DNA of 64,000 bases from the human T2T-CHM13v2.0 reference genome, Homo sapiens. The stretch is taken from NCBI RefSeq assembly GCF_009914755.1, contig NC_060925.1; one strand, written 5' to 3'. Below the pieces are notes generated by a model, which saw only the letters and a program-made list of their open reading frames with translations, had not been told where the DNA came from and did not search any database. Every line of letters starts with the position of its first letter. The first letter of the stretch is position 1. Of this stretch, positions 47,668 to 61,965 are shown piece after piece. The position numbers were made by a program, and so were the translations under genes.

Positions 47668-50600
47668 GTTGGGTTTTTTTTACTGTGAAATTTATGAATT
47701 GTATATGTACTTTGGATAAAAGTCCGTTATGATCTATTTGATTTGCAAACAATTTTCTCCCAGCCTGTGGTTTGTCTTATCATTCACTTAACATTTTATT
47801 TCACAAAGCAAAAATTTTTAAAAAGTCCAATTCTACCAATTTCTAATTTTATGGATTGTGCTTTTGGTGTATCTAAAATTCCATTACCAAAGCCAAGATC
47901 ACACAGATTTTTTCCTGATGTTTTTCAAAAAGTTTCTTACTTTTGCATTTTAACTTTAGGCCCATGATCCATTTTGAGTTAATTTTTGAGTAAGATGTAA
48001 GGTCTGTGTCTATGCTCTCTCTCTCTCTCTTTTTTTTTGCATATGGATGTTCAATTTTTCCATCAACATTTATTGAAAAGAGAATTCTTTCTTCATTGAA
48101 TTGCCTTTGTATTTTTGTAAAAAATCAGTTGATTATATTAGTGTGGTTCTATTTCTGAGCTCTGTATTCCATTTTATTTATCAGTGTACTTGATTGTGAT
48201 AGCTCTATACTTATGCTTGAAATCAGGTAATGTGAGTCCTTCACTTTTTTTTTTTCCAGAGTTGGGCTGGCTGTTTTAAATCCTCTGTTCTTCAATATAA
48301 ATTATAGAATAAATTAGCTGATATCTACAAAAAAGATTGCTGGGATTTTGATTAAGATTGGATTGAATCTATACATCGAATTACAAATAACTGATATCTT
48401 TACAATACTGAATGTTCCAATGCATGCATATGAAATTCATTTATTTATTTTTTTTTACTTCTTTCTTCCCTGTTTTGAGGCTTTCTGTGTATAGATTCTG
48501 TAAATATTTTGTTAGATTTATACTTTTCTGATGCTACTGTAAATGTTTTTTGTTGTTGTAGTTTAATTTCAAAGTCTAGTAGTTCGTTGATGGCAAACAG
48601 AAAGGCAGTTTGCTTTTATATATTGACCTTGTATCCTGCAGTGTTGCAGGATACATGCCTATTGGTGCCAGGAAGTTTTCTTTTCTTTTTTTTTTTTTTT
48701 TTTTTTGTAGATTCTTAGGAATTTTCTATATAGACAATGATGTCATCTGTAAGTATAGACAGTTTTATTTCTTGCCTTCCAATCTGTATAAACTTTTTTT
48801 GAGACGGAGTTTCACTCTTGTCACCAGACTGGAGTGCAATGGCGCAATCTGGGCTCACTGAAACCTCCACCTCCTGGGTTCAAGTGACTCTCCTGCTTCA
48901 GCTTCCCGAGTAGCTGGGATTACAGGTGTGCACCACCACACCCAGCTAATTTTTGGTTTTTTAGTATATACGGGGTTTTGCCATGTTGGCCAGGCTGGTC
49001 TTGAACTCCTGACTTCAGGTGATCCGCCCATCTCGGCCTCCCAAAGTGCTGGGATTACAGGTGTGAGCCACCACGCTTGGCCCAATCTGCATGAACTTTA
49101 TTCCTTTTTTAAAAAGTAAGCCTAGTTTCATTTTGCCTGTGACATAATTTTTAAAATATCTTTTTTAGGAAGATACTTTTAAATATGTTGTATTTTATAG
49201 GAATATACAATTTTTAAATTGTAAAGTGACAACTTATTATTGGGTACATTTATGGGGTACAAAGTGATGGTTTATGAATACAATGTAGAATAATTAAATC
49301 AAGCTAGTTAACATATCCATCACCTCAAATACTCAACATTTTTGTAGTGAAAATATTTGAAATTTCTCTTTGCAATTTTGTAATATAGAATATTCTATTA
49401 ACTATATTTACCACATTATGCAATAGACTTTTTAAAAAAACATACTTCTCCTAAGATTTTTCACCCTTTGATCATCTTCTCCCCAATCTCCCAAATCCCT
49501 AGCCTTTGTTAACTACCATTCTACATTCCACCTCTATGAGATCAATTGTCTTAGATTCCACATATAACTGAGAACATGTAGTATTTGTCTTTCTGTGTCT
49601 GGTTTATTTCACTTAGCATAATGTTCTCTAATTCATTATATCCATGTTGTCACAAATGACAGAATTTCCTTCCTTTTAAGGCTGAATAGTATTCTACTGT
49701 GTGTATATACCACATTTTCTTTATCCATTCATCTGTTGATGAACATAAGTTGATTCCATAACTTGGCTACTGTGAATAGTGCTGCAATGAACATGGGATG
49801 CAGTCAGAGAAATTGATTTCAAATCTTTTGGGTAAATACCCAGAAGTAGGATTGCTGGATCTTATGGTAATTCTATTTTTAGTTTGAGGAACCTACCTAC
49901 AGTTTTCCATAATGGCTATACTAATTTATATTCCCATCAACAGTGTATAAGAGTTCCCTTCTTTTTCTGCATCTGATGAAATGATCATACAGTTTTTGTC
50001 CTTCATTCTATTGTGATGTATCATATTTATTAATTTGCATATGTTGAACCATGCTTGCATCTCAGGGACAAATCCCACTTGATCATGGTGGATGAGTTTT
50101 TTCAATGTGTTGTGGAATTCAGTTTGCTAATATTCTGTTGAGGATTTTTGCATCCATGTTCATCAAGGATATTGGCCCATGATTTTTTCTTGTAATATCT
50201 TAGTCTAGCTTTGGCATCAGGGTGATGCTGGCCTTGTAAAATTAGTTTGGAAATGTTCCCCCTTCAGACCCCAACTGCAGCCCTGCCCAACTGCAGATAC
50301 CAAATAGCGTAATTGCTTAGCCAAGGAATACATCCTGTGACCAAATTAACCAGAAGCCATCAAAGTACCTTGTCAGCAGCTCTGCCGGATAGCAGAGAAC
50401 AGCCAGTTGTCTCAAAGAACAGTGGAAACCTAAGTTATTAATTGTATATCTCTCTTCTTTTCTAACATATGCATTTGGTGTTATAAATTTCCCTCTAAAA
50501 ATTGCTTTTTCTTCATCCCCAAATTGTGATAAGTTGTATTTTCATTTTCATTGAGTTCAAATTATTTGTTTTTAAATTTCTCTTGAGACTTCTTTGGCCC

Positions 50601-52540
50601 ATGGGTTATTTAGAATTTTGTGGTTTAATTTGCAAATGTTTGGAAAATTTCCAGCTATCTTTCTGTTATGATTTCTAGCTTATTGCTATTGTCATCTGAG
50701 CACATACTTTGTATAATTTCTATTCTTTTGGATTTGTTGAAGTATGTTTTATGGCCCAGAATGTGGTCTACAGAATGCCATCTAGCCTTTCTTTATGTAG
50801 ATGCAAGTTTCTGACCCATGTCATTTTTCTTTTGCCTGATTAAGTTCTTTCCACATTTCTTTCAGAGCTGGTCTGCTGGAAATAAATTACCTCAGAATTT
50901 TCTTTATCTGGGAAAATCTTCATTTCTCCTTCACTGTTGAAGGATAATTTTTCTGGATATAGAATTATAGAATGCCAGTTTTTAATTTCAACACTTTAAA
51001 GATTTTTGTTTCACTCTTTTCTTGTTTATTTGGTTTGTGATGAGAAGTCAAATGTAATTTATATCCTTGTTCTTCTAGCCAGGTGTGATGACTCATGCCT
51101 ATAATAATCCCAGCACTCAGGGAGGCTTGAGGCAGGAGAATCGCTTGAACCCAGGAGTTCAAGACCAGCCTGGGCACATGGCAAAAACCTGTCTGTACAA
51201 AAATAAAAGAGAAAAAAAGAAAACAATAAAAAATATATCCTTATTCTTCTATAGGTAAGATTTTTTTCCTTCTGGCTTCCGTCAAGATGTTCTCTTTGTC
51301 TTTTGTTGTCTGTAATTTGAATATAATATTCCTAGGTTTTGTGTTTTTGTTTTGCTTTGATATTTATCTTGCTTGGTATTCTTTTTGTATCTGTTGTTTA
51401 GTGTCTGACAATTTTGGAATGTTCTCAACAAGTATTACTACAAGCATTTCTTCTATCCCATTCTCTCTTCTGGTATTCCAATTGTGCATATGTTACGCCT
51501 TTTGATATTATCCCACAGTTCTTGGATGGCTGTTCTATTTTCATTATTTTTTCTCTTCGCATTTTAGTTTGGGAATTTTTTATTGACCTTCAAATTAACT
51601 GATACTTTCCTTAACCCTGTGAAGTCAATGGGGCTATCAAAGATATTCTTCATTCACGTTGCTGTGTTTTTGATATCTAGCATGTCATTTTGAGTCTTTC
51701 GTATAATTTTCATCTCTCTGCTGACATTACACACCTTGCACATTGTATACTTTCTCCATTAGATCTCTTAACATATTAATCATAATTATTTAAAATGCCC
51801 TGTGCCATAGTTTTTAAATTTGTATCATAACAGCCTGGGTTTGATGCTTGCTTGATCTCTTGAAAATATATTTTTCTTGCCCTTTAGCACTCCTAATGAC
51901 TTTTTGTTAAAAGCCAGACATGTTGTATCCTGTAACAGGTGCTGAGGTAATAAGGCCTTCAGCAGAAGAATTGATAGCACTCAGGGTAGCAGTTTGGTTG
52001 TGTTTAATGTTGTTTTAGCTACAGGTATCAAAACCTTTCTTGTTTTTGTTTCCCTTCCTGGCTTTCAGGCTTCTCTTTGTATTGCTTTAGAGAAAGCCTA
52101 TGTCTTGCAATTCTTTCATCTGCAATCCAGTATTGTTACTCTGGAGGTTCACTGGTAGTAAGTGTGGAGAAGGGAAGTAGTCTACAATCTGATTGAGTCT
52201 CAGACTTTTAGTTAACCTGTGTCTTGGAGACATGGTGTTCACAAGTATATCTATTCCTACTTCAAGGGCACGGTTGTCTTATCCCTGCCCCTACTCCCTT
52301 CCCTGGCTGCAACATTTCCAATGGAATTCCTTAAACGCTGTTATCTTTCCTCCTTAGTTAAGAAATAAAGGCTGGTGCTAGAGTAGAATTCCCTTACCCT
52401 ATCTGGGCTATAGTTTCAAAATTACCCTCTGGCAAATTTCCCCCACCCCCCATCCCCAGACTAAGTCTTTGTTAGAAAAAAAGGGGAAGGAGTGTTTTAA
52501 GCTGGATATTCTTTGCCTCCCCTACCAAGGCCACTAGCTT

Positions 52541-52586
52541 ATCCTCAGCTCAGATCTTTAGCTCAGATCCTCAGCTCAGATCCTCA
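52541..52586. repeat. 13-bp minisatellite (atcctcagctcag) x3.5
   Basis: Direct read. Confidence 0.9.
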
Positions 52587-53034
52587 CTGAAAGAATCCAC
52601 TGGATTCCTAGAATGAAGGCCATGTAAGTGTGGGCCCTCTCTTTCCCATGATTGTGCTCCCCCATGAATTTTTTACTCTTATACTAGTAAAATACTCAGC
52701 CTCCAGCAATTCATGAAAATAATCATTCATGTGTTCCTCCAGTTTATGGTAAGTAACTCTTGGGAACTGTATTTCTCTGGATTGTCTATCTCTCTAGATC
52801 TTAAGGTGGCAGTTTGCCCTTGTCACCACAGTTCTCTGATAAGCCCAATAAAAGTTGTTAATTTTCCATTTGTCCAACTTTTTCTTGTTATAAGACAGGA
52901 GTAATGACTTTTAAACTCTCTACATGTAAGAACAGAAACTGGAAGTCCACCACAGAATTTTTTATTCAGTAGGTCTGGGAGGGGGGAAGTTATAAACATA
53001 TTTTAAATATATTTTTATCTAGAAGTATATTAGA

Positions 53035-53698
<664 letters not shown>

Positions 53699-53917
53699 CT
53701 TAGGCCTAAACCCTAGTCCCAGATATTGCAATTCAATTGACCTGAATTGAGACACAACTATGGGAATTTTTAAAAGGCATACCAGATGACTTTAATATGC
53801 ATTCTAGAGCGAGGAAGCACTGTTCTGGTCTAAAAAAGAAGCCAGTGGGTAGAAGTAGAATTGTTTAGGTGTCATTCATTTTAGAGGCTGACTTTGTAGT
53901 TGGAATTCACCAGCAAC

Positions 53918-54226
<309 letters not shown>

Positions 54227-54581
54227 TCACCAGCAACTGGCCAAAGTGATATAAATATCTATATTGTTTTTCAAGTCTTCTGGAGGTAAATTTGTGTTAC
54301 TTGTTTTTGTTTGTTTTTGATGTAGATAAGCAAAGAAAGGCTTCAAGGCAAATTGTTACATAAAGATTTAGTCTTTATGCTAAGAGTAATGCAAATCCTT
54401 TGAAGAGTTAGTTTCTAAGCAAAAGAGGATGCAATTAGTTGTGTTTCTAAAAAAATCATTCTGAATATAGTTTGGAAAAATAGATTGGAAGGTGGCAAGA
54501 ATATCTACAGAGAAAGCTGGGGGAGGTTATGACAATAATCCAGTTTTCCCTGCCTCCACCTGAGAGAATGAGGGTCTCTCC

Positions 54582-55090
54582 TGCAGCAGACATTGCTGAT
54601 TGGTTAGGTTTTTATTCCAAACCCTTTCTCTCTCTCCTTGCCTCTTTCTTTTAATAGAAATAATATAATTAATAGAAAGCTAAATACTTGATTTTCCAGG
54701 CTCTTTTAAAGCTAAGGGTGGTCATGTGACAGTTCTGGCCAATGAGATGAAAGCAGAAATATAAAGGAAGCGGAATGGCTTCTGGGAAATTTTTTACCTT
54801 CCTGAAAAATGACAGAGATAGGATGGTGCTATTGCCCTTCTCCTTTCTGTCTTTAATGTGGATAAAATGCCCAGAGTGAGCTAGAGAAGATATTTTGAGA
54901 CCATAAGAAAAGAAGAAAGGCTTTAGGAAAGAGAATAGCAGAACGGCCAATCCAAATTCTGACAAAATTAAGCCAAAAAAAATCAAAGCCAAAAGCTATC
55001 TCTTCTTTTAATGTGAGAAAAGTAAATATTTGTTCAATTCTTGTTAGTTGGGTATTCTGTTACTTGCTGTCAGAGTCATTCCTGTTACAT
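54582..55090 (+). mobile_element. ERVL solo LTR (LTR33-like)
   Basis: gctaagggtggtcatgtgacagttctggccaatgagatgaaagcagaa. Confidence 0.75.
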
Positions 55091-55529
55091 CCCCCAACAT
55101 CAGAAAGAAAAGTCCATAAAGCACCATTTTTCCAACCTTATATCTTCACCAGTCCCTCATTATCATTTTAAAGGAAAAAAATCCTTATTGCACTCCAAAT
55201 CAAGTACCCCTCAAGTATGTAACCATTTCTCCCAGCACTTCTGATCATCCATTATTATTTCCTCATTCTTGTATCTTCATTTTCATAATCCCTTCTATTA
55301 CCTCATGTTTTACCCTCTGCCTGGATTGAGCTTCCCCTACTTCTTCTCCAAACAAGTAACTAATCATCTTTAAAAACCTGATTCAAAAGTCAATAATGTT
55401 CTCTGTGAAACCTTTTTTATTTTACCTCAAAGGATTTAATCACTCCTTTCTAAGTGTTCCCATGACGTTCCACATATGTTATTATGGAACTGATCACAAA
55501 TGTATCAGAATTATTTGTCTGCAATTAGA

Positions 55530-56436
<907 letters not shown>

Positions 56437-56658
56437 CTAACACAAAGCGCCATTGGTTCCTCAGGCTGATGATTCAAAACAGTCACCCAGGGAACTTAAA
56501 AAAATAGATATTCCCCTGGTAATTCTCTTGAAGCGACTTCACAAGCCAGCATTTGGAAATCATTACCATATTTCTTTTATCTCAAGTATCCAACCAATAA
56601 TAAGCATATTGACTAAATAACGGACTGTTACTGAAATAAACAAGTATATTTTCATTAC

Positions 56659-56771
56659 CTGTGAAACTAGTCAATCTTTCCCGTTTATAGGATGGTTCTT
56701 CCAGGTCTTCTGCTATTGATTCACTTGCTGATACACTTGACTTAGAAACTGTACTGCTTCCTAAAACTGAC
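56659..56771 (-). CDS. DNAI4: DNAI4 coding exon (approx. exon 4), 113 nt, SVLGSSTVSKSSVSASESIAEDLEEPSYKRERLTSFT
   Basis: Acceptor attaaag|G, donor ACAG|gtaatg; phase 2 to 1. Confidence 0.96.
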
Positions 56772-56969
56772 CTTTAATAATGAATAACAAAATTACTCAT
56801 TTATTTAGATGTCCTTATAGGAAACTACATATACAAATTAGAACATATTATCAGATGGAGAAATCAAATATACTATGATCATATAAGCAAAATAGATACA
56901 TTAATTTTTAAATAATGAGTTGGTTTTTAATATTTCTTAAATAAAAAGTTACTTAAAATTTATTTGTAT

Positions 56970-57268
56970 CTTTATTTATTTTTTGAAATGGAGTCTCGCT
57001 CTGTCACCCAGGCTGTAGTGCAGTGGCATGATCTCTGCTCACTGCAACCTCTGCCTCCCAGGTTCAAGTGATTCTCCTGCCTCAGCCTCCTGAGTGGCTG
57101 GGATTACAGGCTTGCGCCACCACGTCCAGCTAATTTTTTTGTATTTTTAGTAGAGACGTGGTTTCACCATTTTGGCCAGGCTGGTCTTGAACTCCTGACC
57201 TCAGGTGATCTGCCCACCTCGGCCTCCCAAAGTGCTGTGATTACAGGCGTGAACCACCGCACCCAGCC
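56970..57268 (-). mobile_element. Alu (AluS-like)
   Basis: Antisense dimer. Confidence 0.95.
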
Positions 57269-58137
57269 AAAATGTATTTTAGAAGAAAGACATGTTAAAC
57301 ATGCTTAAAGTCCTTCGGTGAATTACCAATACATTTAGTACAAAAATCCAAAATACAGTCAACCTACCCAGCATATTCATCTTCATTATTAGTCTTCCTT
57401 TACTTTTTTTCTTTTTTTAGTTCCTCAATCTTACAGAGCTCTCTAACTTCAGAGCCTCAGCCTGGAATACTCTTCCTTTTGTTTTTCACTTGGTTTCTGT
57501 TCACTGTTCAAATGTCATCTTAAAAATGTGATTTATTTCATTTTATAAAGGCCTTCTCAAGGTTTAACTAAAATATATGTACTCAGAAATAAATCAATGG
57601 AAGAATCCAAAAATAATTTCCTTAAACATATGAACTTAGCAGTACTCCATGGTATTACATACTTTCTTTTTTGTTCCTATTTATAGTCTCAACTGCCCAT
57701 CAAAAGAGGATGTAAAGTTTATTGGAATATCCTCCTTTACCAGGTACTCCTATATTTTTGCAGGCAAATTCAGAGGCAAGCTCCAGAGAAGCATAATTGC
57801 TGTGTATTATAAAATAAGAGAGAAATCAAACTCTAGGAGAACAGAGATTTGCATGGGAGAGGAGGGGAAAAAAGGAAAGCCACCTCTTCCTGTAAAATGC
57901 AGCTCAAAAGAAGCTGAAGAAACCTGAAGAAAAATGTCTAATGAGAATTTGAAATTAATTGTATGTGATTTTAGTCCCATCTTTTGGTTGCTCAGGAAGT
58001 CTTGAGTGAAATATATATATTTTTCACAAATGTTTTGTTGTGAGTGTATGGAAACTCTGAAGACATTAAGAGCTCTGCATTTAATTTAAAACATGAGAGG
58101 AACATAGAGATGGAACACTAGGATGATAATCAAAACT

Positions 58138-58712
<575 letters not shown>

Positions 58713-58733
58713 CTATATAATAGTATACTCTAC

Positions 58734-58918
58734 CTTGTAAACTGCCCTAACGTACTAGGATTTATTGTATTCTGATAAAGGCTATAGGAAGATATAAATT
58801 CTGATCCAAGTGATCCTTCTTGTGATGTCAAGAGTTTACTTGGTTTTGCTGTACCAGTAAGTGGATCTGGATGGTAAAGAGGTCGGGGAGTAACATCAGT
58901 TCCATTTATGTCAAATAC
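58734..58918 (-). CDS. DNAI4: DNAI4/WDR78 coding exon (approx. exon 3), 185 nt, VFDINGTDVTPRPLYHPDP...NPSTLGQFT-R
   Basis: Acceptor ttttaacag|GTA, donor ACAAG|gtagag; open frame matches recalled WDR78 protein; phase 0 to 2, compatible with next exon. Confidence 0.96.
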
Positions 58919-59311
58919 CTGTTAAAAATGGTTATTTAAAATGAAATAACTAAAAAAGACAGGGCTTCTAAATAACAGCTGCTAGAAAATAGAAACAAAT
59001 ATGGTAGAAAAAAGATTAGTATAATGCTCCTATAATAGGATAAACATGAAAAATTGGATGCTTTAAAATGTCATGCTTAGAAAGTTTCTTAATTATGCAA
59101 AAACTTTCTTAAAATATTATTTTTGCTTTATCTATATGTAATTAATATATATTAACTTTAGGAAAATCAGAACAGTGGAAAGATAATTCATCCAGATTGT
59201 TAGTATTTTGGTGCATGTAAATTGTATGTACACATTTTAAAGAAAACTCACTATTTTTCACTTAACATTTCATTAATAGGCATTTCCCAAGTTATTATAT
59301 GCTTTTGGTTT

Positions 59312-59790
59312 ACAGTTCTGCACCACAAAATGATTCAGTCAACAATGGACCACATATATGACAGTGGTACCATAACATTATAACAGAACTGAAAAGTTCC
59401 TATCACCTAGTGACATCACAGTCATCATAATGTCATAGCACAACACATTACTCACGAATTTGTGGTGATGCTCGTATAAACAAACCTACTGCACTGCCAG
59501 TCATATAAAAGTATAGCAATACTATTATGCACAGTACATAATATTTGATAATAATAATAAATTATGCTTCTGGTTTATGTGCTTACGAAACTACACTTTT
59601 TAATATTTTAGAGTGTACTCCTTTTATTTCTTAAAAAAATAGTTAACTGTAAAACAGCCTCGGGCAGGTCCTTTAGTGGGTACTCTAGAAGATGATATTG
59701 TTATAAGAGATGATAGCTCCATGCATATTACTGCCCCCAAAAAACCTTCCAGTGGGACAAAATGTGGAGGCAGAAAACAGAGATATTGAT
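59312..59790 (+). mobile_element. Tigger3-like (TcMar) relic
   Basis: cagttctgcacc..caacaatggaccacatatatgacagtggtaccataa..attataa. Confidence 0.85.
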
Positions 59791-59799
59791 ACAGTTGAA

Positions 59800-61965
59800 C
59801 TCTTTTTATATATTTATTCCTATTTTGATTTCCGTTTGGAGGGGGAGAATTTCCTATTCAAGTCCTTTGCACAATTTTTATTGAGACTTTTTTATTATTG
59901 GTAATGTATGAGTCCTTTCAGTTGTATGAGCTGCAAATGTCTTCTTTCACTCTGTGGCTTTATTTTCTTTATGGTATATTTGATGAATATGAGTTATTTT
60001 TAACGTAGTCAATTGTATCATGTTTTCCATTATGGATTGTGCTTTAGACATCTCCTTAAAAAAAACATTCCCAGCCCTGAAGTCCTATATGTTGCTTTTC
60101 ATATTTAAGTCTATAATATACCCAGAATTAATTTTATATATAGGATAAGAAAGCCAATATATTTTTGTTTTATAAGAACATCCAATTGTCTCAACAAGAG
60201 TTTTTGAAAATCCTGTCCTTTCCCCATTACTCTGCAGTTCACATTTATTATAAAATAAGTGTTTATATGTGCTCAGGTCATTTGAAGACTCTCTAATTTG
60301 CTAATATTATATGTTTTATTAAGCCTGGTATCTAGGAAAGCAAGTGTTTCCACTGAGTTTTTATGCAAGTGTCTTGGCTATTTTTAGCCTTTAGCATTTA
60401 CATATAAATTTTAGAATTATCTTGAAAAGTTTCTGGAAAAAATAACTTTAAAACTTGAGATTTTGATTAAAATTGCAAAGAATCTATAAATCAAAATTTA
60501 GGATAATCTTAAAATATTGACTTTTGCTCTGCACAAATATGTCTATATCTCCTTTTGTTTTGGTCCTCTTTAATGTCTTCCAATAAACTTTTATAGTTTT
60601 AAAAATATTGGTATATGCATCTTTTGTTATATTTTTCCACAAGTGCTTGATAAATGTTAGTGCTATTATAAATTGTATCATTTTAAAATGTCTAATTTTT
60701 GGATGGGCACAGTGGCTCAATGCCTGTAATCCCAGTGCTCTGGGAGGTCAAGGCAGAAGGACTGCTTGAGGCTAGGGGTTTGAGACCAGCCTGAACAACA
60801 CAGCAGAATCTCGTCTTTACCAAAAATTTGAGAAAATTAGCACACACCTGTAGCCCACGCCACATGGGAGGCTAAGGCAAGAGGACTGCTTAAGCCCAGG
60901 AGTTTGAGGATATAGTGAGCTATGATTGTGCCACTGCACTTTCAGTCTGCATGATCAGAGCAAGACTCATCTCTAAAAAAATTTTTTTCAAATAAAAAAA
61001 ATCTAATTTTTGAACTATTTGTTGCTAACAAATATTCAATCCACAAATATTCAACGTTTTCTTTCTTCCTTTCCAATTCTTATACATTCCATTTCTTTTT
61101 CTTACCAATTTGAACTGATTTATGTTGAATAAAAGGGGGCTCTTTTTTGAAATGCTTCACCATTTGACATGATCACTACTGTAGGATTTTATAGATAGCC
61201 TAAATAAGATGTTTAAAGTTCCTTGTGATTCTCAGTTTCATAAGAATTTTTAAAATCATGAATATTAAATGTTAACAGATACTTTCTGTCTATATTGAAA
61301 TGATCATATGCTTTTTTACCACATTAAGCTGTTAATGTGGTAAATTACACTAAGGGTTTTTAAATGTTAAACCAATCTTGATATCTTGGCACAGACCAAG
61401 CTTCCTTATGATGTATGTATTAAGCATTTGTTGTTGTTGTTGTTGTTGTTACTGAACTTTATTGGATAATATTTTATTGAGGATTTCTCTATGTTTGCAA
61501 GTGAAATTGGCATATAATATTTGTTTCTCATACTGTATTCAGGTTTTAATATCAAGGTAATGCTAGCCTCATAAAATGAGTTTTGGAGTATACCCACTTT
61601 TAGTGTTCTGTTTTCATCTATGTATGTTTGACACATACCACAATTGAAGTCATCTGAATCTGGAATTATCTTTGAAGGAAGGTTTTTAAATCACTCATAT
61701 AAATTTCTTTAATAGCTTCCAGTTTTCAATTTTTGTTTGTCTGCTTTGGTAAAGTGTAATTTTTTAAAAGCTTTTTTACATTTTACCTAAATTTTCAAAA
61801 TTCAAAATTGAAATACAATAACATAATATGCATTAATGTGCTTTTTAAATTGCTTTTAACATGTACAATTCAATAGCTTTTAATATGTTCACATATATGT
61901 GCACCAAAATTAATTTTGGAATCTTTTTACACTTCAAGAAGAGACTCTGTATCCATTATGATCCC
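59800..61965 (-). mobile_element. Old L1 fragments, with an AluJ-like copy at 60701-61000 (plus)
   Basis: ORF2 relic NSFYEASITLILKP. Confidence 0.8.

Larger units (their letters stand above)
42969..52947 (-). mobile_element. Old L1M spanning 3' end to 5' end, with nested THE1, Alus (48793-49082 minus, 51077-51232 plus) and a younger L1MA piece (about 49210-50260)
   Basis: 3' end tttagaatagttttagg; ORF2/ORF1 antisense motifs; 5' end aaactggaagtc. Confidence 0.75.

Noticed and set aside
52541-52586. Short direct repeats as a CRISPR-like array
   Set aside because: Contiguous 13-bp units with no spacers, in human DNA; an ordinary slippage minisatellite
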